DNA from: Deltaproteobacteria bacterium
Lineage (GTDB): Bacteria; Myxococcota; Myxococcia; SLRQ01
Reading direction: 5' to 3'
NCBI GenBank assembly: GCA_007130885.1
Contig: SLRQ01000005.1
Span: 5,542 to 69,541 of the forward strand
DNA: 64,000 nucleotides
Positions 46,445 through 55,671 of this stretch are shown here, one piece after another. Under the pieces are notes generated by a model. It worked only from the letters and a program-made list of their open reading frames with translations, ran no database searches and was not told the origin of the DNA. Numbering within the stretch: the first letter of the stretch is position 1; every line of letters begins with the position of its first letter. The translations under genes and the position numbers were made by a program.

Positions 46445-47599
46445 TTATGAGCCGGCCTGTAGGCGGCTACCGTCGGTCTGGTGAGATACGGCTCTTTCCT
46501 CTTCCTGTCGAGCGACTTCCAACTCGAAGCCGATCAGGCCGCGGGTGTTTCGTAGCTCCTCGAATATTTCAACATCCATCTTGAGAAAAACTTCGACCAC
46601 GGTCGGGTCGAACTGGGTGCCGGAGCATCTTTGGATCTCTGCTCTGGCCTCCTTGAAGGTTCGGGCGGGGCGATAGCATCGTTCCGACAGTATTGCGTCC
46701 AAAGTGTCGGCCACCGAGAAGATTCTGGAACCGAGCGGGATCTGGCAACCGCACAGGCCGTTTGGGTAGCCGCTGCCGTCGAACATCTCCTGGTGAGTCA
46801 GAATGATCTCGGCCGGCACCTTCAGGTACGGGATGTCTTTCACGATGTCGTAGCCGATCTCGGGATGACGCCACATCTGAACCCACTCTTCGTGGGACAG
46901 CTTCCCCGGCTTGAGCAATATGCTGTCCGAGACCCCTATCTTGCCGATGTCGTGAAGCAAGGCGCCTCTTGCAAAGTCCATTAGCATGGTGCCGCGGATT
47001 CCAAGGCGAGCGGCAATGGCCGCCGTATAGCGCATCACTCTTTGCGAGTGCTCTCCCGTGTCCTGCTCTCGAGCGTCCAGGGCCGCGGCCAAGGACTCGA
47101 GGGTGTGCTGATAAGCCGAGTCCAATGCCTTGAGGGCGCCTGAAAGCTGCTCCGACTTCAGCGCCACCTCTTTCTCGAGCCCTACTCTGTAGGACCGGTC
47201 CCTTACGAGGTCGACTCGGCGGCGAAGGGCGCGCTCGACGGCGTCGAAGAGCTCCCCAGCTCGGAATGGTTTGGACAGGAAGTCATAAGCGCCCAAACGA
47301 AGGCATTCGACCGCCATCTCGGTTTCAGCGAAACCCGAGATTGCTACCACCGCCGTGTCCGGAACTTCCTCCAGAACCCGGTTTATGAGCCAGGTGCCGT
47401 CATGACCCGGCATCTTGAGATCCGTCAAGACTAGCGGGAAATCACCTTGCTGGAAGCGCGCGAGGCCGCTCTCGGCGTCCTCGGCGACAGTGCACTCGTA
47501 ACCTCTCGGTTCGAGCAAGTCGACCATTACCTCTCGTATTGCGGGATCGTCGTCGACGACCAGCAGCTTCTTGCCGCGAGCCGCGGGTTCGTTGTCCAT
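46445..47599 (-). CDS. response regulator with HD-GYP phosphodiesterase domain
   Basis: Receiver KLLVVDDDPAIREVMVDLLEPRGYECTVAE...LVLTDLKMPGHDG. Then HD ...LLHDIGKIGV and HQEMFDGSGYP, which are the HD-GYP signature. Confidence 0.8.
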   Translation of the reverse strand: MDNEPAARGKKLLVVDDDPAIREVMVDLLEPRGYECTVAEDAESGLARFQQGDFPLVLTDLKMPGHDGTWLINRVLEEVPDTAVVAISGFAETEMAVECLRLGAYDFLSKPFRAGELFDAVERALRRRVDLVRDRSYRVGLEKEVALKSEQLSGALKALDSAYQHTLESLAAALDAREQDTGEHSQRVMRYTAAIAARLGIRGTMLMDFARGALLHDIGKIGVSDSILLKPGKLSHEEWVQMWRHPEIGYDIVKDIPYLKVPAEIILTHQEMFDGSGYPNGLCGCQIPLGSRIFSVADTLDAILSERCYRPARTFKEARAEIQRCSGTQFDPTVVEVFLKMDVEIFEELRNTRGLIGFELEVARQEEERAVSHQTDGSRLQAGS

Positions 47600-47665
47600 G
47601 GTATCCCCTCTGGCTCCCTTTCAGGGCGAGGACACCCCCGAGCCCCTATTTTGACTTATGTCCTA

Positions 47666-48301
47666 TCACAAACTGGGTCTCTTGTCGAACGAAGATTGCT
47701 CACTTGAACTTAGGGATGATTCCATGAACCGTCGTGACGGCGATTCGGGATCCTTCAGCTCCCCGGCCCACGCCGTGGTCGTGGCATGCACCTCTGGTTG
47801 CCGCACCCCCCGTAGGCCGACACAGCCGTGCCTGGCCCCTATCACGCAACCCGCGCCCTTCGCGCCCAATACAGATACGAGGATCCCCGCTATGTCACGA
47901 GCAAGGTCCTCCTGAAGGATTAGTCTTGCTCCGAGCGCTCGCACCAGCCTGACTAGACTCCCAAAGCCGGCTACGCGCTCGCCGGGCACGTAGGCAATTC
48001 GGGCTGTGCCTTCGTAAGGAAGCAAATGGTGGGGGCAAACTCCGACGAAGGAGATCCCCGACAACAGCACGGGCTCATTGTGGGTAGCAGGCGATGTTTC
48101 GGCGAGTATCTCGTGCGGATCGGCGTGATGGCCTGCTAGGAACTCATCAGCCCAAGTATCGGCCACGCGGCGCGGCGTATCCTGTAGGTCGTTCGAATCC
48201 AGATCCAGTCCGGCCGCGCGCAAAAAAGTGGCCACGGCCCCCGCCATGGCCTCACGGTCCACTGGTTCCACCAGCAGTTTTGCTCGAGGGTCAGACATCA
48301 T
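47666..48301 (-). CDS. folE: GTP cyclohydrolase I
   Basis: GVCPHHLLPYEGTARIAYVPGERVAGFGSLVRLV is the FolE active-site region. Start placed at MMSDPRAK; the upstream in-frame extension would overlap queD. Confidence 0.8.
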   Translation of the reverse strand: MMSDPRAKLLVEPVDREAMAGAVATFLRAAGLDLDSNDLQDTPRRVADTWADEFLAGHHADPHEILAETSPATHNEPVLLSGISFVGVCPHHLLPYEGTARIAYVPGERVAGFGSLVRLVRALGARLILQEDLARDIAGILVSVLGAKGAGCVIGARHGCVGLRGVRQPEVHATTTAWAGELKDPESPSRRFMESSLSSSEQSSFDKRPSL

Positions 48302-48665
48302 TGGGCTCCTGTTCCGGGCCCCGGAAGGTGACGAAGCAATCATCCACCTCCCAGAGTGTGAGCTCATGCAGGCCGGGCAGCTTAGGCGCTAGGCGGTTCC
48401 AGATCCAGCCCACTATGAGCTCGGCCGTCGGATTCTCGAGGATCTCGTTTAGGTCTCGGTGGTCGAGCAGGGACAGAACGTGTTCTTCGACAATCTCCTG
48501 AAGAGAGTAGAAATCAATGATCATCCCTGTCTTGGGATCCGGTTTTCCGGTCAGGGTAACTCGCAGCTTGTAGTTGTGGCCGTGCCTTCTCTTGCACCTT
48601 TGGTTGCTCTCCGGAAGCTGGTGCGCCGCGCAGAATCCGAAATCCATGGATAGCAAGGTCGTCAT
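48291..48665 (-). CDS. queD: 6-carboxytetrahydropterin / 6-pyruvoyl-tetrahydropterin synthase
   Basis: FGFCAAHQLPESNQRCKRRHGHNYKLRVTLTG has the Cys-x-x-His and His-x-His zinc motif of the PTPS/QueD family. Confidence 0.8.
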   Translation of the reverse strand: MTTLLSMDFGFCAAHQLPESNQRCKRRHGHNYKLRVTLTGKPDPKTGMIIDFYSLQEIVEEHVLSLLDHRDLNEILENPTAELIVGWIWNRLAPKLPGLHELTLWEVDDCFVTFRGPEQEPNDV

Positions 48666-48698
48666 TGGGTCTCCGAAGAATGCAAGGGGGGTGCGAAA

Positions 48699-50036
48699 CT
48701 AGTACCGGTAGTAGTCCGGCTTGAAGGGCCCGGTTCGCGGCACTCCGAGGTAATCCGCCTGCTCGTCGGTCAGCTCCGTGAGCTTGGCTCCAAGCTTCCC
48801 AAGGTGAAGCATAGCTACTTTCTCGTCTAGATCCTTGGGTAGGACGTACACCTTCCGCTCGTTGTATCGCTCGGGCTCGTTCCAAAGGGAGACATGAGCG
48901 ATTACCTGATTTGAAAAAGAGTTGCTCATAACGAACGAGGGGTGTCCAGTGGCGCAGCCGAGGTTCACCAACCTGCCTCTAGCCAGCAATATGAGCCGCC
49001 TGCCGTCATCGAAGGCGCAGTGATCCACCTGTGGCTTGATCTCCTCGATTCTGGTGTTCTCCTCGAGCCATCTGACGTCGATCTCGCTGTCGAAGTGGCC
49101 GATGTTGCAAACTATGGCCTCGTTTTTCATTCGTGCGAGGTGCTCACCTCGTATGACATCGCAGCACCCGGTAGCGGTGATGAAAATGTCGCCCACCGCG
49201 GCGGCGTCCTCCATGGTCACAACCTGGAAGCCCTCCATCGAAGCTTGTAGAGCGCAGATGGGGTCGATCTCGGTGACGAGCACCCTTGCCCCAAGACCCG
49301 CCAGGGCCTGGACGCAACCTTTGCCCACGTCGCCATAGCCCGCGACCACCGCTACCTTGCCGGCGATCATCACGTCCGTGGCTCTCTTTATGCCGTCCAT
49401 CAGCGATTCCCTGCATCCGTACAGGTTGTCGAACTTGGACTTCGTCACCGAGTCATTCACATTGATCGCGGGGCACTCGAGGGTGCCCTTCCTTGCCATT
49501 TCGTAGAGGCGGTGAACTCCGGTGGTCGTCTCCTCCGACAGTCCTCGCACACCTTCAGGACCGAAAAGGTGAGGGTGCTTTTGATGTAGCACCAACGTGA
49601 GGTCCCCTCCGTCGTCGAGCACTAGGTTCGGGTTCTTCCCGCCCGTGAATGCGTGGAGCTGTTGCTCTATGCACCACCAGTACTCCTCTTCGGTCTCGCC
49701 CTTCCAGGCGAAGACCGGGACTCCACGCTCCACCATGGCGGCGGCGGCGTGATCCTGGGTGGAGTAAATGTTGCAGCTCGTCCAGGTCACCTCGGCTCCA
49801 AGCTCGAGAAGCGTCTCTATTAGCACCGCCGTTTGTATGGTCATGTGAAGGCAGCCCGCTATCCGTGCCCCCTTCAAGGGTTTTTGTGGCCCGTACTCCT
49901 TCCTCAAAGCCATAAGCCCCGGCATCTCGGTCTCTGCTATCTCGATCTCCTTGCGGCCGAAGTCGGCAAGTGAGAGGTCGGCTATCTTGTGGGGCTGGGA
50001 AGGTTCTCTTGTCATCGTAGCTGCCGGTTGTGTCAT
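48699..50036 (-). CDS. ahcY: adenosylhomocysteinase
   Basis: [22 protein letters not shown], an NAD-binding GYGDVGKGC region, and C-terminal PDYYRY. 445 aa. Confidence 0.9.
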   Translation of the reverse strand: MTQPAATMTREPSQPHKIADLSLADFGRKEIEIAETEMPGLMALRKEYGPQKPLKGARIAGCLHMTIQTAVLIETLLELGAEVTWTSCNIYSTQDHAAAAMVERGVPVFAWKGETEEEYWWCIEQQLHAFTGGKNPNLVLDDGGDLTLVLHQKHPHLFGPEGVRGLSEETTTGVHRLYEMARKGTLECPAINVNDSVTKSKFDNLYGCRESLMDGIKRATDVMIAGKVAVVAGYGDVGKGCVQALAGLGARVLVTEIDPICALQASMEGFQVVTMEDAAAVGDIFITATGCCDVIRGEHLARMKNEAIVCNIGHFDSEIDVRWLEENTRIEEIKPQVDHCAFDDGRRLILLARGRLVNLGCATGHPSFVMSNSFSNQVIAHVSLWNEPERYNERKVYVLPKDLDEKVAMLHLGKLGAKLTELTDEQADYLGVPRTGPFKPDYYRY

Positions 50037-50282
50037 GGGGGAACACCAGTTGGTCGTTGAACGTTTACTTAAAATCCTCGCACCCGGGTCTATACGCCCA
50101 AGGCGCGGCGGTCAACGGCCGAGGGTCTGACAAATCCTCTTTATCGTCCGTGCGGCTTGGTATTGAAATCCTGGGCCATACCGATCACTTGGACGTCAAG
50201 ATGGAGAAGAGACAAGGTGGGATATAGTTTGTGAGGGGACGAGGGCTTGCGAAGGCCGGCGCAAAGGACAATCATTACCTGC

Positions 50283-50684
50283 ATGAAGTCTTGGGATTCC
50301 AATAACAACACCCGCGTGCCCGCGATTGCCGAAAGATACCGGGAATTCGTTCTCGGTGCGGGTCGTCCCCGAGACCCGGTCGTGGGTGAACCCGGCGAGG
50401 ACGTAGTCGCCGAGGAGAAGACCAAGACGAAGAAGCCCAGGCGTTTCAAGGTTCTCCTGCATAACGATGACTACACGACCATGGAGTTCGTGGTCCATCT
50501 ATTGGTGACTTTCTTCAGGAAAAGCCACGCGGAGGCAACCCACCTAATGTTGACGGTGCACCACAAGGGCTCCGCGGTGTGCGGGGTATATCCGAGGGAG
50601 GTTGCCGAGACGAAGGTGGACGAAGTCATCCGTTATGCACGTGAGAACGGGCATCCACTCCTGTGCACCATGGAAGCTGAGTGA
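50283..50684 (+). CDS. clpS: ATP-dependent Clp protease adaptor ClpS
   Basis: [56 protein letters not shown]. The ORF-track TTG start at 50247 is less likely than ATG 50283. Confidence 0.8.
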   Translation: MKSWDSNNNTRVPAIAERYREFVLGAGRPRDPVVGEPGEDVVAEEKTKTKKPRRFKVLLHNDDYTTMEFVVHLLVTFFRKSHAEATHLMLTVHHKGSAVCGVYPREVAETKVDEVIRYARENGHPLLCTMEAE

Positions 50685-50691
50685 GGACGAC

Positions 50692-52929
50692 GTGAAGCTG
50701 AAACCGGAACTCGAGGTTGTAATACACGTTGCCATGAGCGAGGCGGGCCGGCGAGGACATGAGCACGCCGGGCTGGAGCACCTGGTTTTCGCCTTGTGTC
50801 ATGATCCGGAAACCGTGGAGGTGTTGCGCCACACGGGTGCCGACATCGAAGACTTGAAGGACAAGCTCGATTCCTTCATGGAGAGCGAGATGGATGCGGT
50901 TCCCGTAAACGGAGAGCCACGTCCCACCCTGGCGTTTCAGCGAGTCATCCAGCGGGCCGCCCTCCATTGCCGCAGCGCGGGCAAGGAGGTCGTCGGCGGA
51001 CCCAACGTACTGGTGGCCATCTTCTCCGAGCCGGATTGCGAAGCGGTAGCCTTGCTGGAGGAGCTCGGCGTCACGAGATTGGATGTGGTCAGCTATATCT
51101 CCCATGGAGTGAGCAAGCTCCACGAAACAGAGCCCCGGCTCCCAGCTACGGAAAGAGTGGGAGAGGGATCGGAGGAGCAGTCAGGCGCACCGGCGCGGGA
51201 TCCGCTCTCGGCTTACTGCGTGAATCTGAATGAGCAGGCTGCCGCTGGGAGGATAGATCCTCTCATCGGGCGTAAGCGCGAGGTGGACAGAACGGTTCAT
51301 GTTCTCGCCCGCCGCCGAAAGAACAACCCTCTTTTCGTCGGCGACTCCGGCGTGGGAAAGACAGCGATAGTCGAGGGGCTCGCGCTTCGAGTCGTGGAGA
51401 AGAGCGTGCCGAGCTCCTTGGAGAAGGTGGAAATATTCAACTTGGATATGGGTCTTCTGCTTGCCGGTACGCGCTATCGTGGCGACTTCGAGGATCGGGT
51501 CAAAGGCGTGCTGAAGGCGCTCGAGGACAGACCGGGCGCCATCTTGTTCATAGACGAGATTCACACGGTAATCGGCGCGGGGTCGGCCAGCGGCTCTTCG
51601 ATGGATGCATCCAACCTATTGAAGCCCGTCCTGGCCGCCGGGGTTTTGCGGTGTATTGGGTCCACGACTTGGGAGGAGTATCAAAACCACTTCGAGAAGG
51701 ACCGGGCCTTGGCAAGGCGTTTTCAAAAGATCGAGGTCGGTGAGACATCGGTCGATGACACCATCAAGATTCTCGAGGGTCTGAAGAGCAGGTACGAGGA
51801 TTATCACGGGGTTACTTACACGAACACAGCTCTAGAGGAGGCAGTGCGACTCTCCGACCGCTATCTTCAGGACCGGAGGCTGCCGGACAAGGCCATAGAT
51901 GTCCTGGACGAAGCCGGAGCGGCGATAAAGCTGAAGCCCGGCAGGAAGCAGGTCGGTAGGCGCGAGGTCGAGGAGGTCTTGGCTACCATGGCCCGGATTC
52001 CTCCTAGACGTGTAAGCAAGACCGACAAGGATAGGCTGGCCTCGTTGGACGTCGACCTCAAGACCAAGGTGTTCGGCCAGGACGAGGCGATTGGAAGGTT
52101 GGTATCGGCGATCAAGCTGTCACGGGCAGGACTCCGGGAGCCCCAAAAGCCGATAGGCAGCTTTTTGTTCACCGGGCCGACCGGCGTGGGGAAGACCGAG
52201 GTGGCGAGGCAGGTCGCCGCCACCATGGGAATCGCCTTTCATCGGTTCGACATGTCGGAGTACATGGAGCGGCACACGGTGAGCCGGCTTATCGGTGCGC
52301 CGCCCGGGTATGTCGGTTTCGACCAGGCCGGTCTGCTGACCGATGCGGTTTGCAAGACGCCGCACACCGTGGTCTTGCTGGACGAAGTAGAGAAGGCTCA
52401 CCCGGACGTATTCAACATCCTCTTGCAGGTGATGGATCACGGCACACTCACGGATCACAACGGCAGGAAAGCCGATTTCCGCCACGCGGTCCTGATCATG
52501 ACCAGCAACGTGGGTGCGCGCGAGCTTGCCTCTCGAAGGGTCGGGTTTGGGGATAGGTCGAGTATCGGAGAGGACGATGCAGCCTACCGCAACGCCTTCA
52601 GCCCCGAGTTCCGCAACCGCCTCGACGCGAGGATCTCCTTCAAGTCGCTGGACCCAAAGGTGATGGCTCTCATAGTGGACAAGTTCATGGAAGAACTCCG
52701 AGGGCAGGTGGCCGATCGCAAGGTAACGGTGGCAATGACAGACGCTGTTCGGGATTACCTTGCGCGAGAGGGCTTCGACCCGACAATGGGCGCACGTCCG
52801 TTGGCCCGGGTTATCCAGGAGCAGGTCAAGACGCCTCTTGGCGACGAGATCCTGTTCGGGCGTCTAGAGAAAGGTGGCCACGTTCGGTTGAGGCTTGCGG
52901 ATGGCGCAATCGAGTTCGATATCTCGTGA
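50692..52929 (+). CDS. clpA: ATP-dependent Clp protease ATP-binding subunit ClpA
   Basis: GTG at 50692 after GAGGA, immediately following the clpS stop. Two AAA+ modules ([13 protein letters not shown]; [11 protein letters not shown]) plus an N-terminal Clp_N domain. Confidence 0.9.
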   Translation: MKLKPELEVVIHVAMSEAGRRGHEHAGLEHLVFALCHDPETVEVLRHTGADIEDLKDKLDSFMESEMDAVPVNGEPRPTLAFQRVIQRAALHCRSAGKEVVGGPNVLVAIFSEPDCEAVALLEELGVTRLDVVSYISHGVSKLHETEPRLPATERVGEGSEEQSGAPARDPLSAYCVNLNEQAAAGRIDPLIGRKREVDRTVHVLARRRKNNPLFVGDSGVGKTAIVEGLALRVVEKSVPSSLEKVEIFNLDMGLLLAGTRYRGDFEDRVKGVLKALEDRPGAILFIDEIHTVIGAGSASGSSMDASNLLKPVLAAGVLRCIGSTTWEEYQNHFEKDRALARRFQKIEVGETSVDDTIKILEGLKSRYEDYHGVTYTNTALEEAVRLSDRYLQDRRLPDKAIDVLDEAGAAIKLKPGRKQVGRREVEEVLATMARIPPRRVSKTDKDRLASLDVDLKTKVFGQDEAIGRLVSAIKLSRAGLREPQKPIGSFLFTGPTGVGKTEVARQVAATMGIAFHRFDMSEYMERHTVSRLIGAPPGYVGFDQAGLLTDAVCKTPHTVVLLDEVEKAHPDVFNILLQVMDHGTLTDHNGRKADFRHAVLIMTSNVGARELASRRVGFGDRSSIGEDDAAYRNAFSPEFRNRLDARISFKSLDPKVMALIVDKFMEELRGQVADRKVTVAMTDAVRDYLAREGFDPTMGARPLARVIQEQVKTPLGDEILFGRLEKGGHVRLRLADGAIEFDIS

Positions 52930-52969
52930 AGCACCGCCCGTCCTCGTAAAGACAGCCCGCGGGGGTGAT

Positions 52970-53977
52970 TCAGGCACTTTTGGTCCGGGTCTCGTCCTCG
53001 CGCTCGGCCAGCTCCAGGTCGTGAGCTACCATGCGCTGTACGAGATCCTGGAAGCCCACTTTCGGAGTCCATCCGAGCTGCTCATGCGCCTTGGAGGCGT
53101 CGGCGCACAAGAGCTCGACGTCGGCGGGGCGCGTGAGCGCCGAGTCGCTACGAACGTAATCGCGCCAATCCAGGCCGGCCGCTGAAAAAGCCGCCTGGCA
53201 AAAATCGCTGACCGATCTCGTCTCGCCGGTGCCTATGACGTAATCCTCGGGCTCGTCGGCCTCCAACATGAGCCACATCGCTCGAACGTAATCCTCGGCG
53301 TGACCCCAGTCGCGCATGGCGTCGAGGTTGCCGAGAAACAACTCCTTTTGGAGGCCCAGCTTGATCCGGCCCACCGCGCGCGTGATCTTCCGCGTGACGA
53401 ACGCCTCCCCACGGCGTTCACTTTCATGGTTGAACAAGATGCCGTTGACGGCGAACATCCCGTAGGCCTGTGCGTACGTCCGAGTAATGTAGCAGGCGTA
53501 GGCCTTTGCCGCCGCGTAAGGACTCCGCGGGCGAAACGGTGTTTGCTCGTTTTGGGGAGACTCCGTAACCTCGCCGAAAAGCTCGCTGGTGCTGGCTTGA
53601 TAGAAGCGGCAGTCGATTCCCGCCTTTCTTATGGCTTCCAGCATGCGGAGGGTTCCAAGACCCGTGATCTCCCCAGTGTGGTCGGGATTTCGAAAAGACT
53701 CACCCACGTGGCTTTGCGCCGCCAAGTTGTACACCTGGTTTGGCCGAATCTCGGTAACGAGCCTCTCGAGGCAGGGGCCGTCCGCTATGTCGCCGTAATG
53801 CAGATGTAGGCGATCGCCGCCCTTGGAGGCGGCATGGGCGAGGTTTGGAGACTGAAGAGCTCGTATTAGGGTCGACTGCCGGACCACCCCATGTACTTCG
53901 TACCCTTTGTCGAGCAATAGCTCGGCGAGATAGGAACCATCCTGCCCCGTAATCCCAGTTATCATGGCGCGCTTCAT
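52970..53977 (-). CDS. gmd: GDP-mannose 4,6-dehydratase
   Basis: MKRAMITGITGQDGSYLAELLLDKGYEVHG... Rossmann fold plus a Y..K catalytic region. ATG at 53977 preceded by GAGAGG. The long in-frame upstream extension to 55483 in the ORF track is not part of this gene. Confidence 0.85.
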   Translation of the reverse strand: MKRAMITGITGQDGSYLAELLLDKGYEVHGVVRQSTLIRALQSPNLAHAASKGGDRLHLHYGDIADGPCLERLVTEIRPNQVYNLAAQSHVGESFRNPDHTGEITGLGTLRMLEAIRKAGIDCRFYQASTSELFGEVTESPQNEQTPFRPRSPYAAAKAYACYITRTYAQAYGMFAVNGILFNHESERRGEAFVTRKITRAVGRIKLGLQKELFLGNLDAMRDWGHAEDYVRAMWLMLEADEPEDYVIGTGETRSVSDFCQAAFSAAGLDWRDYVRSDSALTRPADVELLCADASKAHEQLGWTPKVGFQDLVQRMVAHDLELAEREDETRTKSA

Positions 53978-54079
53978 AGCTGAACCTCTCGACGCCTCGC
54001 CCGGGAGAAGCGATGCGAGCAGTGCCGTGGTAGTCAATGTTGCGATTCCACAGCTGACGTTACGAAGGCGAACTCGAGT

Positions 54080-55621
54080 GTGGAAGGCGGGCAAAATGCC
54101 CCGGAAAAGAAGGCTACGGGCTTTTTCCTGTTGACCATCCAAGTTCCATGGGCCAGATCTCCACCCATGAGCAGACAAGGCAAGGAGTTTGGTACCGATA
54201 GAGCGGGCAGGGATGGCGGCCGTAGAGCCGATGATCGCGGGAGAGGATCTCCGGGATCGGGTAGGCGAGATGGGCCGGGAGAAGGTGGACGTGGACGGGA
54301 CGCTCGAGGCCGTGGCGGTCGCGGGGACGGCAGGCGCCGTGGAGCCGGACGGGACGAGCGACGGGGCCGCGGAGGAAGACCCGGAGACAAGAGCGCATGG
54401 GAGCGGGAACGCAGGGTGGAGACGATCAAGGAGCTTATTCCCTCGGTGGATCGACCCATGGTCAAGGGAGACTTCGCCGGCCAGATGGGCCCTCTCGACA
54501 AGCTTCGAGAAGCCGTCTGCGCGGTTCGTCCGAAATCGATGGACGATTTCGGGACAGACCTGAAGGGCAGATTGCTGACGCTGTTGCTTCGGGTCGGCCG
54601 GCAGAGCAAGAAACAGGAGGACGAGGAAAAGGAGGCGGCCCGTATCAAGGTGCTCGAGGGATTGGCTCGCGTCTGGCTGGCGCTCGGTGACAATAGGCGC
54701 GCGGCGGGAGCGCTGCAAACCGCGGGTAAGGACGAGGCCGCCGCGGCTCTTCTCGATGAGAGTGGAGAGTGGAGGGCCAAGGTTGCGCTGCACCGTGCTA
54801 CCGGCGAGCCCGGCAAGGCGGCAAGGATTCTCGAGGAAAAGGGGGAGCTGGCCGATGCCGTGGAAGCCTATGCGGAAGCCGGCGACGGGGAAGGACGCTT
54901 GAGGGTGCTCGTGAAGCTTGGTGATGAGGCGAAAGTAATCGAGGCCCTCGACGCGATGCCCAAGGAGAAAGCCGAGGATGCGGCGATAAGGCATGGCGTG
55001 CTGGATGCTTGGGCCAAGGTCCTTACCGAGAGACAGGACTGGGATGGAGTCGCAAGGTTGTACCAGAAGCACGGGCGACAGGACATCGCGGCAAGAGCAT
55101 GGGAAGAAGCCGGTGATTTTCGCAAGGCAATGAAGGCGTACCGGGTCGCTGGTGACGCCGAGGGCCATGACCGTTGCCTGGATGCAATAGTGGAACAGCA
55201 CACGCGGAAGAACGATCTGTTGGGCGCCGCCAAGATTCTGGCCGGTGCGGGTTTGCTCGATCGAGCGGCGGAGGTAGCCGCGGAAAAGCATCCCGAGGAA
55301 GCCCACGAGTGGTTCATCGAGGGCGGCTACAAGGACAAGGCTCTCGATCTTGCGAGGCGAGAAGCCCGTAAAGCCGAGGGGCATCAGGACTACCGCCTTC
55401 GAGCCGTCTGGCTGGAACGGGCCAAGGACTTCGTGTCGGCAGCCACGCTTTGGGAAGGTTTGGACGACCTGGAGAAAGCCCAAAAGCTATATGAAGAAGC
55501 TCGTGCCTGGGAGCCTGCGGCGCGATGCGCGGAAAGTCGAAAGAGGTTCGACGAGGCCGTCGAACTCTACTACAGAGCCAATCTTCCGGAGAAGGCCGAG
55601 CGCGCAAAGCTTCTTGGATAG
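54080..55621 (+). CDS. hypothetical protein: N-terminal Arg/Gly-rich (RGG-like) disordered region + C-terminal alpha-helical repeat (TPR/HEAT-like) array
   Basis: Residues ~40-110 are almost exclusively R/G/D (GRDGGRRADDRGRGSPGSGRRDGPGEGGRGRDARGRGGRGDGRRRGAGRDERRGRGG). These are followed by ~34-aa periodic helical repeats carrying recurring EAGD/VAGD and KA.KAY elements. GTG start with GAAGG upstream; alternative ATG at 54167. Opposite-strand ORF judged non-coding. Confidence 0.5.
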   Translation: MEGGQNAPEKKATGFFLLTIQVPWARSPPMSRQGKEFGTDRAGRDGGRRADDRGRGSPGSGRRDGPGEGGRGRDARGRGGRGDGRRRGAGRDERRGRGGRPGDKSAWERERRVETIKELIPSVDRPMVKGDFAGQMGPLDKLREAVCAVRPKSMDDFGTDLKGRLLTLLLRVGRQSKKQEDEEKEAARIKVLEGLARVWLALGDNRRAAGALQTAGKDEAAAALLDESGEWRAKVALHRATGEPGKAARILEEKGELADAVEAYAEAGDGEGRLRVLVKLGDEAKVIEALDAMPKEKAEDAAIRHGVLDAWAKVLTERQDWDGVARLYQKHGRQDIAARAWEEAGDFRKAMKAYRVAGDAEGHDRCLDAIVEQHTRKNDLLGAAKILAGAGLLDRAAEVAAEKHPEEAHEWFIEGGYKDKALDLARREARKAEGHQDYRLRAVWLERAKDFVSAATLWEGLDDLEKAQKLYEEARAWEPAARCAESRKRFDEAVELYYRANLPEKAERAKLLG

Positions 55622-55671
55622 ACGGAAGTTAGGCGCCAAATCGGCCTAAGTGCTGGCTGCCCGGCCGGTCT

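Noticed and set aside
50037-50246. SAH riboswitch upstream of ahcY
   Set aside because: I looked for the conserved GAGGAGCG…GUCAGGCUCGG…AACGGCGCUC elements on the minus strand. Only a loose GUCAGACCCUCGG resemblance is present and the P1/pseudoknot partners are absent. Kept only as a low-interest note needing a covariance-model scan.
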